Positions 49,199 to 58,828 are shown, counted from the first letter of the stretch. The stretch is 64,000 nucleotides of DNA from an uncultured Candidatus Saccharibacteria bacterium (GCA_964484655.1 CAZAFA010000001.1:164742-228741), one strand, 5' to 3'. Program-made: numbers and translations. Notes: generated by a model not told the origin, from the letters alone.

Positions 49199-49432
49199 TT
49201 GAAAACTTTTGCGTGCTTTTTCGCTTCGTTCCTGTTTTTGCACGGCTTCGGCGGCATATTCCGTGACCATCTCGGCTCACGGCTCGCCGGGGTCGGCGCG
49301 ATCCTGGTCCTTCTCCTCGTGATCGTGCTGCTCATGATCGGCTTGGAGATCGATGCTCCGCGGACCCGTGCCGGCAAGGCTGCGGCGTTCGGCGTCATCG
49401 CAGCGATACTGCTGACCTGCTTCGGCAGATGA
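49199..49432 (+). CDS. possible small two-TM membrane protein (TTG start)
   Basis: GGAGG 8 nt upstream of TTG; hydrophobic 77-aa product; own-strand terminator follows; weak. Confidence 0.25.
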   Translation: MKTFACFFASFLFLHGFGGIFRDHLGSRLAGVGAILVLLLVIVLLMIGLEIDAPRTRAGKAAAFGVIAAILLTCFGR

Positions 49433-49437
49433 TTCCT

Positions 49438-49460
49438 TGGCGCCCTTCGGGGCGCTTTGC
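49438..49460. terminator. GC hairpin GCGCCC-ttcg-GGGCGC with flanking T-run (bidirectional)
   Basis: read directly from the sequence between the small ORF and the rsmE stop. Confidence 0.4.
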
Positions 49461-49461
49461 G

Positions 49462-50154
49462 CTATCTTGCTGCGAGATAGCTCGCCACCGTCACCGCGGT
49501 CTCGGCGCGGAGGATGCGTTTCCCCAGCGAGACCTGCGTCCAGCCGTTGTGCTCCGCGTCCGCTATTTCCCGGTCGCTGAATCCCCCTTCGGGACCGACC
49601 AGGATCGCAACCTCTTCCTCGAGGGGAAGTGATGCGAGGTCGGGTCCGGACATGGTAGAGGCGATGAGCCGCTGCCCGGTGATGGACGTGACGACGTCCG
49701 CGAACTCCTCGATCTGCCCGATCTCGGGCACGCTCGCGCGGCCGCACTGCTCCGCGGCTTCCTTCGCGATGGCACGCAGGCGCACGAGGTTCACGTTCGG
49801 CTTCACGGTGCGCTCCGTCACGACGGGCACGATCCTCGCGACGCCGCACTCAGTCGCCTTCTGACACGCCCACTCGAACGTGTCCCGCTTGGTAATAGCC
49901 GCATAGACGGTTGCGCGGCGCGCGGGCTCGGCATCAACCTCCTGCGGCGCGCGGATGGCAAGCATGACGACGTCGCCTCGATACTCCTCGACGACGGCGA
50001 CGGCCTCGGCGCCGGACCCGTCGCTGACGACGATCTCGTCACCGGTCCTGATGCGCAGGACGCTGCGCAGCTGCTTGGCGAGATACGGGTCCCGGATGCC
50101 GACGGTGTCCTCCTTAAGGACGATGCCCGGGATGATGAAGCGGTGGCGGCGCAT
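49462..50154 (-). CDS. rsmE: 16S rRNA (uracil1498-N3)-methyltransferase RsmE
   Basis: PUA-like N-terminus; SPOUT C-terminus with ILVGPEGGFSDRE; 230 aa. Confidence 0.8.
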   Translation of the reverse strand: MRRHRFIIPGIVLKEDTVGIRDPYLAKQLRSVLRIRTGDEIVVSDGSGAEAVAVVEEYRGDVVMLAIRAPQEVDAEPARRATVYAAITKRDTFEWACQKATECGVARIVPVVTERTVKPNVNLVRLRAIAKEAAEQCGRASVPEIGQIEEFADVVTSITGQRLIASTMSGPDLASLPLEEEVAILVGPEGGFSDREIADAEHNGWTQVSLGKRILRAETAVTVASYLAAR

Positions 50155-50172
50155 GCGAAGAGGATAGCGTAT

Positions 50173-50832
50173 TCAGGAGCGTGTCCGAGCCATCCTCACT
50201 GCGGCATACCCGGCCGCGATGCCTACCAGTGCGCCGGCGACCACGTCCGAGAGCCAGTGGAACCCGACCGCGGCGCCCGCGCCGACGACGCATGCCCAGA
50301 TAACCGCCGCTACCCGCCACGAGGTGCGGCGCAGCATCAGGTACAGGACCGTGGCGCCTGCTGCAGCGACAGCCGTGTGATGCGAGGGCCAGCCCCAGAA
50401 GATGCCGTGGCGCCAGAGGCCGAACTGGAAGCCCTGGCTGATGTCGATGCCGACGCCGAGCGCGTCCGGGTGCAGGCGGCCGGTGATTGCCTTGTACGCG
50501 GCGACGATGATCCATACGGATGCCGACGCGTAGAACAGGCTAGTCGCGAGGCGGACACGCTCCGCGATGCGGCGCGACCTGCCGCTCGCATAGAGCCAGG
50601 CAGGCAGCAGCACCGGGACCAGGAAACCACCGAGGCCTGCCACCGCTACTAGGATGCGCAGCGCGGGATGACGCGTCGCCTGATAGAACTGCCAGTCGAG
50701 GCTGGACAAGACGATCGCCGCGGTCGCGATGCATCCAGCGACGTGGAGCATCCAGAGACGCCCGCGATACGATGCGTGAATGTGGTCTATCATCCGCCTG
50801 GCAATGCGGCGCGCTTTCATCTGCCTGGGCAT
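50173..50832 (-). CDS. PAP2 superfamily membrane phosphatase
   Basis: KAITGRLHPD (KxxxxxxRP), PSHH (PSGH) and GFHWLSDV (SRxxxxxHxxxD) motif triad. Confidence 0.7.
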   Translation of the reverse strand: MPRQMKARRIARRMIDHIHASYRGRLWMLHVAGCIATAAIVLSSLDWQFYQATRHPALRILVAVAGLGGFLVPVLLPAWLYASGRSRRIAERVRLATSLFYASASVWIIVAAYKAITGRLHPDALGVGIDISQGFQFGLWRHGIFWGWPSHHTAVAAAGATVLYLMLRRTSWRVAAVIWACVVGAGAAVGFHWLSDVVAGALVGIAAGYAAVRMARTRS

Positions 50833-51317
50833 AACGTGTGCATAATAATAGACCTTTTTCAGTTGACGACGGCATCCCCCGCCCCTAGGATGAGGGCAGT
50901 TGATTTGGAACGGCCTGAACGGCCACTCGGGAAGATCGGCGAAAGCCGCGAAGAGTGAGCCTGGAAGGTTCCGTTATCGATCAAGGATCGACCTCGCAGG
51001 GTTCGCCCTGCATCCCTGGCTCCTCGGAGTCCACGGAGAGGCCGGTAACCTCGATGACGGCAGGCGCTTGATCGCCTGAAATAGGAAAGATTACAGAGGG
51101 CAAGTCCTCGGAACAGGAGCTGCGCAATGCAGCCACCGTGTCCGGTACGGACCCAAGTTGCGGCGGCAACGGGCGCGAGCCTCGTGCTCGCAAAGGAAGG
51201 CCGGCTCGTCCGGCAAACCAAACCCGGTGCGACGCACCAACACCTCACTCACCAGAAACAGATCAACCAAAGTGGCGGCCCAATGCGGGCCGCCTATTTC
51301 GTTGTCGAGCCCGCAGA
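50833..51317. ncRNA. ORF-poor 485-bp region: candidate structured ncRNA (SRP-RNA-like helix motif at 51098..51134) and terminator hairpin at 51270..51292
   Basis: only Arg-rich junk ORFs; motif GGCAAGUCCU-CGGAAC-AGGAGCUGC; palindrome GGCGGCCC-aatg-CGGGCCGCC. Confidence 0.2.
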
Positions 51318-51950
51318 CTAGGACTCAAACTCTCGACAAACTTCCCTCGTGAACTCCCCCACGCGCGTCCTAGTCAGTCCAGCCAAATATGACCCTGCGC
51401 TCAGTACCTCGCCTAGATCACGCGCTAGCGAGCGGATATAGACACCCGGTCCCGTCACATACCGGACCTGCGCTTCTGGCCAGGAGTAGTCGAGGACCTC
51501 GGCCTCGAATACCGTCACCTCGCGCGGCTCCATCGCCACTTCCTTCCCCTGCCGCGCGAGATCGTACGCACGCTTCCCGGCGACATGAACTGCCGAGAAC
51601 GCTGGCGGCACCTGCATCTGTTTCCCTACCTGCCGCGAGACCGCTTCTTCTATTTGCTCGCGCGTCGGAACCGAGACGACCTCGCGCTCGGTTATCGGAC
51701 CCTCGGCATCGTCCGTGGCGCTCGTCGCGCCGAAGCGGATCTTCGCGACGTACTCCTTGTCCGCGCCCACCGCCTCGTGGAGCTTCTTCGTGGCTTCCCT
51801 CCCGACTGCCACCACGAGTATCCCCTCCGCGAGCGGGTCCAGCGTCCCGGCGTGGCCTACCTTCTCGCCCTTGTTCGCGCGACGGATCGCGCCCAGCGTC
51901 CTGAACGAGCTTACGCCTTTCGGCTTCCAGATCGCGAACGTCTCAGCCAT
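51318..51950 (-). CDS. truB: tRNA pseudouridine(55) synthase TruB, short form
   Basis: KPKGVSS...GHAGTLDPLAEGILVV catalytic-Asp motif; 210 aa. Confidence 0.88.
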   Translation of the reverse strand: MAETFAIWKPKGVSSFRTLGAIRRANKGEKVGHAGTLDPLAEGILVVAVGREATKKLHEAVGADKEYVAKIRFGATSATDDAEGPITEREVVSVPTREQIEEAVSRQVGKQMQVPPAFSAVHVAGKRAYDLARQGKEVAMEPREVTVFEAEVLDYSWPEAQVRYVTGPGVYIRSLARDLGEVLSAGSYLAGLTRTRVGEFTREVCREFES

Positions 51951-52710
51951 GTACGCGTGCAGCCTCGATGCACAGGAACAGCGGGAACTCCGCGCGGGCG
52001 CGGTTCTCAGCCTCGGCGCGCGGTCCCGGCTCGCTCCGCCGGTTGCTCGTCCACTCCTCGAGACGGACGATGCCGAGCCCGGTCTTGCTCAGGGCCTTCG
52101 CGTAATACTGAAGCGGACGGTGGAACGAGAGCGTGTACCGGTCCGGGTCCGAACCGGGATGCGTCTGGATCCGCTCGCGCAGCTCGGAGAGGTACCGGTC
52201 CTCGCGGCGGTACTGCACGGAGCCGTCCGGCGACCAGTCCCAGTCGCTGTGCTTCGGGATGCGGAACGCCGGGTGGTTGAGGACGATGACGAGCCTCCCG
52301 TCCTCCTTGAGCACGCGGGATGCCTCGCGAATCGCGGCGGCCGCGTCCTCGATGTTCTGCAGCGCGAGCACGATCGTCGCGCGATCGAAGGAGGCGTCCG
52401 GGACGCCGCGCAGGTCGGCGGCGTCGCCGACGCGGTACTCCGGACCGCCCTTCGCCTCGCGCGCGATCTTGATCAGGTCCGATCCCGCGTCGATGCCGAG
52501 CACCTCAGCGCCTTCCTTGGCGAAGGCGCGCGAGAAGTACCCCTGCCCGCAGGCGATGTCGATGAGATGCATCCCCGGCTGCGGCGCCACGATGCGCAGC
52601 AGGTTCGGGAGGATCACCTCCTCCTGGTACGTGCCGGGCTTGCCGAGCAGGTCGTCGTACCAGGCCGCGTCGCGGCCCCACGAGGTCTCCTTAGGTCCTG
52701 GCTTGGGCAT
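51943..52710 (-). CDS. class I SAM-dependent methyltransferase
   Basis: LIDIACGQGYF (motif I) and downstream acidic motif II. Confidence 0.75.
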   Translation of the reverse strand: MPKPGPKETSWGRDAAWYDDLLGKPGTYQEEVILPNLLRIVAPQPGMHLIDIACGQGYFSRAFAKEGAEVLGIDAGSDLIKIAREAKGGPEYRVGDAADLRGVPDASFDRATIVLALQNIEDAAAAIREASRVLKEDGRLVIVLNHPAFRIPKHSDWDWSPDGSVQYRREDRYLSELRERIQTHPGSDPDRYTLSFHRPLQYYAKALSKTGLGIVRLEEWTSNRRSEPGPRAEAENRARAEFPLFLCIEAARVHG

Positions 52711-53653
52711 GTTCCAAAGCTACCGCACGGAACTCCGCTGCGGAATCGCACGTCATGAGACGCTCGCGGATCTCGCTGGCTCCTTCGAAGCCGTGCACGA
52801 GGCCCTTCACGTGCTTCCTGAGCACCGAGAGCGAGCGGAACTCCCCGTACCGGGCCTCGAAGCGGTCCGCGAGGTCGGCCAGAACCAGGAGCCGCTCCCC
52901 GAGCGGCACGTCCGCGGTCTCGCGGTCCGGATCGAAGAACCAGAAGTTGCCGAATATCGCGCGGCCCACCATCGCGCCGTCGCAGCCGGATTCCCGGACG
53001 CGGCGGACGCCGTCCGCATAGCTCTCGACGTCGCCGTTGCCGATGAAGGTCACGCCCTTCTCCCGCACCGCGGGCGCGAGGTCGCGGATGCGGTCCCACT
53101 TCGCCGGCACCTTTGAGAGCTCCTTCACCGTGCGCGCATGGAGCGTGATGGCGCGCACGCCGCTACCGGCAAGCGCCGGGATCCAGTCGTCGGCGACGTC
53201 GCGGTCGAAGCCGAGCCGCGTCTTCACCGAGACCGGCAGTCCGCCCGCGCCTTCGATCGTCGCGGCGACGAGGTCCAGGATCCGCTGCCAGTCCTTGAGG
53301 AGCGCACCGCCCTTGCCGTTCTTGACCACCGTCCGGTCCGGGCAGCCGGTATTGAGGTCCACGCCAGCGAACCCCAGCTCCTTGGCGAGCGCGGCCGCAT
53401 CGCGGAACTTCTCCGGGTCGTCGCCCCAGATCTGCACCGCGATGCGCTCCTCGCCCACGTAGCGCTGCAAATAGCGGCGGACGATCTTCTCCCGCGACTT
53501 CGGATGCGCGAGCCCGTCCACCGAGGTGAACTCGGTGAACATCAGGTCCGGCTCCCCGCAGGCGGCCACCGTCTCGCGGAAGGCGGCGTCGGTGACCTCG
53601 TGGAGCGGGGCCAGGAGCATGAGCGGGCGGTCCTTCGGCTGCCAGATATCCAT
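52691..53653 (-). CDS. dus: tRNA-dihydrouridine synthase (Dus family)
   Basis: TIM-barrel FMN-binding pattern; DLNTGCP catalytic Cys; K..R motifs; 320 aa. Confidence 0.85.
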   Translation of the reverse strand: MDIWQPKDRPLMLLAPLHEVTDAAFRETVAACGEPDLMFTEFTSVDGLAHPKSREKIVRRYLQRYVGEERIAVQIWGDDPEKFRDAAALAKELGFAGVDLNTGCPDRTVVKNGKGGALLKDWQRILDLVAATIEGAGGLPVSVKTRLGFDRDVADDWIPALAGSGVRAITLHARTVKELSKVPAKWDRIRDLAPAVREKGVTFIGNGDVESYADGVRRVRESGCDGAMVGRAIFGNFWFFDPDRETADVPLGERLLVLADLADRFEARYGEFRSLSVLRKHVKGLVHGFEGASEIRERLMTCDSAAEFRAVALEHAQART

Positions 53654-53743
53654 GCCCCTACCCTAGCGTCAGGTTCGCGCCCTTGCCAGGAGCCGCGCTC
53701 CCGGATTTACTGTCGGCGCGACGATCCTTGAGAAAAGGAGCAT

Positions 53744-54136
53744 ATGCCTATGAAGGGAAGCAGAGCCGGGCTCGCACAGAAGCTCGGGGTGCCCGAGCGC
53801 GCGCTCGAGGTGATATGGGACGGGGCGGAGACCGACGCCGCGGAGATCAAGGAGCTGATAGACCGCTGCGGCTGCAACAAGTCGGTCTGCGGCGCGCTGC
53901 TGGAACGCTGGTTCAAGCTGTGCACGGACACGGACTCGTTCTTCCGGTTCTACGGCGAGATCTCCCGCAACTCGGGGCTCAAGCCGGTCTATTTCGACCG
54001 CTGGTGCGACATGCACCTGGTCATGACGGACATCGAGACGCTCGTACGGCTCGCGCAGCGGGCCCCGTTCGGCTCGAGGAGCCAGGACCGCATCCTGAAA
54101 CGACTGCAAGTGCTGGCCGACGCAGCGGCCACATGA
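53744..54136 (+). CDS. hypothetical Cys-containing protein (130 aa)
   Basis: AAGGAG RBS; alternative ATG at 53750; unbiased composition; followed by a strong terminator; oriented against both flanking genes. Confidence 0.45.
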   Translation: MPMKGSRAGLAQKLGVPERALEVIWDGAETDAAEIKELIDRCGCNKSVCGALLERWFKLCTDTDSFFRFYGEISRNSGLKPVYFDRWCDMHLVMTDIETLVRLAQRAPFGSRSQDRILKRLQVLADAAAT

Positions 54137-54137
54137 C

Positions 54138-54166
54138 GAAAGGGGAGGCTACGGCCTCCCCTTTTC
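54138..54166. terminator. bidirectional rho-independent terminator (GGGGAGGC-tacg-GCCTCCCC then TTTT)
   Basis: 8-bp GC stem; T-runs on both strands. Confidence 0.6.
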
Positions 54167-54171
54167 CGCGC

Positions 54172-55578
54172 CTAGAACCTCTGCACGAGCAGGAGGTTGG
54201 TCGTGCCCGGCTCGTTGAAAGGCAGGCCGGCGCTGATCAGGAACGGGTCCCCCTTCTTCAGCTGGACCGGGCTCTCCTCGCGTATCCACTGCCGCGCAGC
54301 CTCGATAGCGCCTTCGAGGCTGTGTAAGCGCTTCGAATGGCGCGCGTGCACGCCCCAGGAGAGCTGCAGGGCGCGGACGGTATCAAGGCTCGGCGAAAGC
54401 GCGAGGATCGGCTGCTGCGGCTTGTGCCGCGATATGGCGCGCGCCGTGCTGCCGGTCTCCGTGAAGACCACGATGAGCTTCGCGCCGATGTCATCCGCCG
54501 TCTCCACGACTGACGCAGAGACGGATCCGGACACCGAGGAGTCGTCGAAGCCGCGCGGCAGGATATCGCTGCTGGCCTCGTGCGCGATGGCGTGCATCGT
54601 CGCGACGGACTCGACCGGAAAGCGACCCGAAGCGGTCTCGCCCGAGAGCATGACCGCGTCGGTCCCGTCGAGGATGGCGTTGGCGACGTCGCTGACCTCG
54701 GCGCGCGTCGGCACCGGATTCTGCGTCATGGACTCGAGCATCTGCGTCGCCGTGATCACCGGCTTCCGCGCGTCGAGCGCGAGGTCGATGAGCTGCTTCT
54801 GCACGTGCGGCAGGCGCGGGAGCGGTACCGCGAAGCCGAGGTCCCCGCGCGCCACCATGAGCGCGTCCGCCGCCGCGAGGATTTCCTCGGCGTTGTCCAC
54901 GCCGCTCTGCGTCTCGATCTTCGCGACCAGGAGCGGGCGCTTCTCCTGCGGGAGCATCCTGGCGACCTGCCTGACGTCCCGCGCGGACTGCACGAACGAG
55001 AGGGCGAGCGCGTCAATCCCGGCCGGCACGAGCGCCGCCAGATGCTTCTTGTCGCGCGCCGTGAGCGCGAAGCGCATCACGGGCATGTTGTGCGCGACGA
55101 AACCCTTGCGTGAGCGGATGATGCCGCCGATACGCACCACGGCCACGGCGCGCTGCGCGCCGGGCGTGACGACCTCGAGCTGGATGTCGCCGTCCCCTAT
55201 GTACACCAGGGATCCCTTCTGCAGCGCGGGCACGATCTCCGGGCGGTCCACGCAGATCCTCTTCGCGTCGCCGACCAGTGCCTTGGCATGGATCTCGATC
55301 CGGTCTCCCGGATGCACGAGCGCGCCGTCCGCCATCTGCCCGATGCGGATCTTCGGCCCGCCGAGGTCGCCGAGCACCAGCAGCGGGATCCCGGTCCTCT
55401 TCTCCGCAGCGCGGACGAGCGCGAGCCGCTCGAGCGCCTCCTCGGGCGTCGCGTGCGACAGGTTGATGCGGAACACGCGCGCTCCCGCGAGCGCGAGCTT
55501 CCGCACGGCGTCGGCGTTGGCGGACGCCGGCCCGAGCGTCGCGACGATCTTCACCGGGCTGGATGCCTTACGAGGCAT
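54172..55578 (-). CDS. pyk: pyruvate kinase
   Basis: KIVATLGPAS...; barrel and C-terminal domain motifs; 468 aa. Confidence 0.92.
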   Translation of the reverse strand: MPRKASSPVKIVATLGPASANADAVRKLALAGARVFRINLSHATPEEALERLALVRAAEKRTGIPLLVLGDLGGPKIRIGQMADGALVHPGDRIEIHAKALVGDAKRICVDRPEIVPALQKGSLVYIGDGDIQLEVVTPGAQRAVAVVRIGGIIRSRKGFVAHNMPVMRFALTARDKKHLAALVPAGIDALALSFVQSARDVRQVARMLPQEKRPLLVAKIETQSGVDNAEEILAAADALMVARGDLGFAVPLPRLPHVQKQLIDLALDARKPVITATQMLESMTQNPVPTRAEVSDVANAILDGTDAVMLSGETASGRFPVESVATMHAIAHEASSDILPRGFDDSSVSGSVSASVVETADDIGAKLIVVFTETGSTARAISRHKPQQPILALSPSLDTVRALQLSWGVHARHSKRLHSLEGAIEAARQWIREESPVQLKKGDPFLISAGLPFNEPGTTNLLLVQRF

Positions 55579-55798
55579 CCTCCAGCTGCGATGTGACCTC
55601 CTCGAACTCGTTCTCCACCTGACGGAGCCGCGTCCGGAGCTCCTTCACGAGCTCGGCTCCGCGGCGCACGCGTACCAGCCCCTCCTCGAGGTCGGCTGAT
55701 TCCTGCTCCTCGAACCAGCGGACGGTCTCCTCGAGCTCTGCGAGCAGGTCGCCGAGCGCGCGCTCGTCCTGGGGCTTATCGGTCTTCTTCGCGGGCAT
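55568..55798 (-). CDS. xseB: exodeoxyribonuclease VII small subunit
   Basis: start at MPAKKTDK..; LEEGLVRVRRGAELVKELRTRL XseB helix pattern; overlaps the xseA 3' end by 22 nt. Confidence 0.75.
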   Translation of the reverse strand: MPAKKTDKPQDERALGDLLAELEETVRWFEEQESADLEEGLVRVRRGAELVKELRTRLRQVENEFEEVTSQLEDAS

Positions 55799-56999
55799 CG
55801 GTGACGGTTGCCTCGATCGTACCATCGGCGAGGCGTGCGTGCATGCGGCTGCCAATGGGCAGCGCGCGCACGGAACGGACGGCCTTCCCGTCCCCGCCGC
55901 AGATCACCGCGTACCCGAGACGGAGCATGCGTCCCGGGTCGACGAGCTCCAGGTCCCGCTCCCAGGCGGCAATCAGGTCCTGCGCGCGCCTGAGCGCGGC
56001 GCCGAACCTGATGCGCGCTTCCGCGAAGCGTCGCTCCGGCGCCTCGACGATCTCCGCGAGCGCGCCGCGCAGGGCGAGGCTGTCCCGGGCGATCCGCTCG
56101 CGGACGCGGTGCACGAGCACGTGGCTGCGGCCGCGCAGGCGCTCCGCGCCACGCAGGAGCCGCTCGTCGGCGGCGAACCAGGAGCGATTCACCTCGAGCG
56201 CCGCGATGCTCGGCGTGGACGTAGAGAGGTCAGCGGCGAGGTTCGCGATGGGCACGTCGCGGTCATGGCCGATCGCAGCGATGACGGGCACCGGGATCGC
56301 TGCGATGGAGCGCGCCACCTCCTCGTTGTTGAAGGCCTGCAGGTCCTCGAGCGAACCGCCGCCGCGCATGACCACGAGCACGTCGATGCTCTCCGCGTTC
56401 GCGCGGAACCAGCGGAGCGCCTTGAGGATGCTCGGCACCGCGTGCATGCCCTCGACGCGCGCGTCGTGCATGCGGATGCGGTACCCGCGCCGGTCCAGGT
56501 TGCGCCGGAAGTCGTCGATGACGGCGCCCTGCCGGCTCGTGACGATGCCGATACGCTTCGCGCAGAGCGGGATCGGCAGCGCGCGATCGAAGAGACCCTC
56601 GGCCTGGAGGTCGCGCTTGAGCTTCTCGTAGGCAGCGCGGAGCGCGCCCTCGCCCACGGCTTGCACGGCCTCGACCTGGAAGGAGAAGCTCCCCTTCCGC
56701 GGGGCGACGCGCGGCACGCCGCCGACGCGGATCTCGCTGCCCTGGACGACCAGATGCCCGAACATGCGCAGGCGCATCGCCGGGATGAAGCAGCCGAGGA
56801 CGCCCTCGGCGCCCGTGCTGTCCTTGAGCGAGAAGTACGTCCCGAACGGGTACGACCGCACCTCGGTGACCTCGCCCTGCACGATGCCGCCGAGCTCCTC
56901 AAGCGCGCCGTTGAGCGTCCGCAGGTACGCGGAGACCGGCACCGCCACATCGACCGGTCCCGGCCCGTCCTCGTACTCGATGACGTAATCGTCCTCCAT
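55776..56999 (-). CDS. xseA: exodeoxyribonuclease VII large subunit
   Basis: OB-fold N-terminus and catalytic middle domain (RGGGSLEDL); 407 aa. Confidence 0.85.
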   Translation of the reverse strand: MEDDYVIEYEDGPGPVDVAVPVSAYLRTLNGALEELGGIVQGEVTEVRSYPFGTYFSLKDSTGAEGVLGCFIPAMRLRMFGHLVVQGSEIRVGGVPRVAPRKGSFSFQVEAVQAVGEGALRAAYEKLKRDLQAEGLFDRALPIPLCAKRIGIVTSRQGAVIDDFRRNLDRRGYRIRMHDARVEGMHAVPSILKALRWFRANAESIDVLVVMRGGGSLEDLQAFNNEEVARSIAAIPVPVIAAIGHDRDVPIANLAADLSTSTPSIAALEVNRSWFAADERLLRGAERLRGRSHVLVHRVRERIARDSLALRGALAEIVEAPERRFAEARIRFGAALRRAQDLIAAWERDLELVDPGRMLRLGYAVICGGDGKAVRSVRALPIGSRMHARLADGTIEATVTDAREEDR

Positions 57000-57015
57000 G
57001 GCCCCGAGTATACCG

Positions 57016-58179
57016 CTACGCGCGCAGGCGCTTCGGCAGCCGCGCGCGGAACTCCGCGAGCTTCCCGTCGCGGATCGCCTGGCGCATCTCCGCCATGAAG
57101 ACGTTGAAGAACCAGATGTTGTGCAACGTCACCAGGCGCGGCGCCTCCGGATCCTTCGCGAGGAAGCGCTCCTTGACGGCCGCCTTGGTGGCGCCAGACC
57201 CGCAAGCTGGGCAGCGGCACCCTTTCTCGAGCGGCTCGTGCCGGTCGAGCATCGCGCCGCGCGTGACGTCGTAGTAGCCGGCGTGCGTCCAGACACGGCC
57301 GTGCCTGCCCTCGCGCGTAGGGATGACGCAGTCGAAGGTATCGATGCCGCCCAGGACGCCGTCGACGAGGTCGTCGAGCTCGCCCACGCCGAACAGGTGC
57401 CGCGGCCGGTCGTTCGGGAGGTGGTCGGTCGCCCAGCGAATCATGCTCGAGGTCTCCGCCTTCGTGCCGCCGTACGCGTCGCCGTACGTGCCGCCTATGG
57501 CGTACCCGTCGAACGGAAGCACGCCGAGCGTCTTCGCGGAGTAGCGCCGCAACTCCTCGTACGCGCCGCCCTGCACCACGGCGTAGAGCGCCTGGCGCTC
57601 GTTACGGGCCGCGAGCGCGCGCAGGGCCCAGGCGTGTGTGCGCCGCACGGACTCCCTGGTGTAGGCCTCGTCATGGAAGGGCGCCGAGGGCTCGTCGAGC
57701 GCCACCGCGATGTCAGCGCCGAGCTGCTCCTGGATGCGCAGGGAGAGTTCCGGGTCGAGATACTGCTCCGCCCCGCCGTAATCCGGGTCCTGGAAGGTCA
57801 CGCCGCCTTCCTCGACGCGCACGACGCCGGTGACGTCGCTCTCCTGGCCGCCGCGGCGCAGGCCCTGGTCGCGGAGCGTCCCGAGGCTGAAGACCTGGAA
57901 GCCGCCCGAGTCGGTCATGGTCACGCCGTTCCATCCAAGCGCCTCGTTGAGACCCGGGAACTCATTGAGCTCGTCGCCGAGGCTCTGCCAGAGGTGGTAC
58001 GTGTTCGAGATCACCATCTGCGTGTTGGTCGTCGCGAGGTCGCCCGACTCGAGCGCGCGAACGGACGCCTTCGTCGCGACGATGACGTAGCCCGGCGTCT
58101 CGACGATGCCGTGCGGGGTCTCCATCACGCCCGTCCGGGCGCGGCTGTCCGGGTCTGCCCCGGTAATCTCGAACCGCAT
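57016..58179 (-). CDS. tgt: queuine tRNA-ribosyltransferase
   Basis: start at MRFEIT..; GFQVFSLG; zinc site CxCxxC...H (CRCPACGSG). Confidence 0.9.
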   Translation of the reverse strand: MRFEITGADPDSRARTGVMETPHGIVETPGYVIVATKASVRALESGDLATTNTQMVISNTYHLWQSLGDELNEFPGLNEALGWNGVTMTDSGGFQVFSLGTLRDQGLRRGGQESDVTGVVRVEEGGVTFQDPDYGGAEQYLDPELSLRIQEQLGADIAVALDEPSAPFHDEAYTRESVRRTHAWALRALAARNERQALYAVVQGGAYEELRRYSAKTLGVLPFDGYAIGGTYGDAYGGTKAETSSMIRWATDHLPNDRPRHLFGVGELDDLVDGVLGGIDTFDCVIPTREGRHGRVWTHAGYYDVTRGAMLDRHEPLEKGCRCPACGSGATKAAVKERFLAKDPEAPRLVTLHNIWFFNVFMAEMRQAIRDGKLAEFRARLPKRLRA

Positions 58180-58826
58180 CAGACCTCGGCGAGCTCCGGG
58201 CCGAGCACGCAATACGCAATTTCGCGCTCCTTCGCATACGCCTCGAACTGCGCGTCGCCGTTCGCGCGGAAGCCGTCGATCAGGAACCCGTCATGGACCG
58301 GGAACGCGACCTCGGGCTTGAGACGATCGAGAAGCGTCGCCAGGTGCGGACGCGTGCCCCAGGGCGCTGCGGTCGGGAGCGCGAGGACGCGCGTACCCGC
58401 CCAGGCGTCGAGCGCGACGGACGTGCTGTCGCCAGTGACGACGAGCTCGCCGCTGATGCGGAACGCGGCGTTCTGCGGCACCGGGCCGAGCACCGGGTCG
58501 TGACCGGCTATCAGTACCCCGACCTGCGTGCCGAGAATCTCAAAATCCGCGAAGCCGTGGTCGGTTGCGCCGATGCCCTTCCCGCGCAGCAGGTCGACGA
58601 TATCGGAGCTCGCGTACACCGGAATGCCGGGATGCGCCGCGAGAGCCCACTGGAGCAGGTCCGGATCGAGATGGTCCGCGTGGCTGTGCGTGACGAGGAC
58701 GGCGTCGATACGGTCGCCGAGCGCCGCATCAGGTATCGCGCTCATGCTGCCCGGGTCCAGGAGCAGGCGCGTGCCAGCTCCCGTCTCCACGAGCAGGCAG
58801 CTGTGGCCGAACTTCGCGATCCGCAC
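58179..58826 (-). CDS. MBL-fold metallo-hydrolase
   Basis: THSHADHLD motif; 215 aa. Confidence 0.75.
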   Translation of the reverse strand: MRIAKFGHSCLLVETGAGTRLLLDPGSMSAIPDAALGDRIDAVLVTHSHADHLDPDLLQWALAAHPGIPVYASSDIVDLLRGKGIGATDHGFADFEILGTQVGVLIAGHDPVLGPVPQNAAFRISGELVVTGDSTSVALDAWAGTRVLALPTAAPWGTRPHLATLLDRLKPEVAFPVHDGFLIDGFRANGDAQFEAYAKEREIAYCVLGPELAEV

Positions 58827-58828
58827 TC

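Noticed and set aside
50833-51317. tmRNA or RNase P RNA in the large non-coding gap
   Set aside because: No tRNA-like 3' end (GGTTCGAATCC..CCA) and no P4 consensus blocks (AGGAAAGTCCGGGC / ACAGAANCCGGCTTA) were found on either strand; only a weak SRP-like helix, so the region is reported as an unspecified ncRNA candidate.
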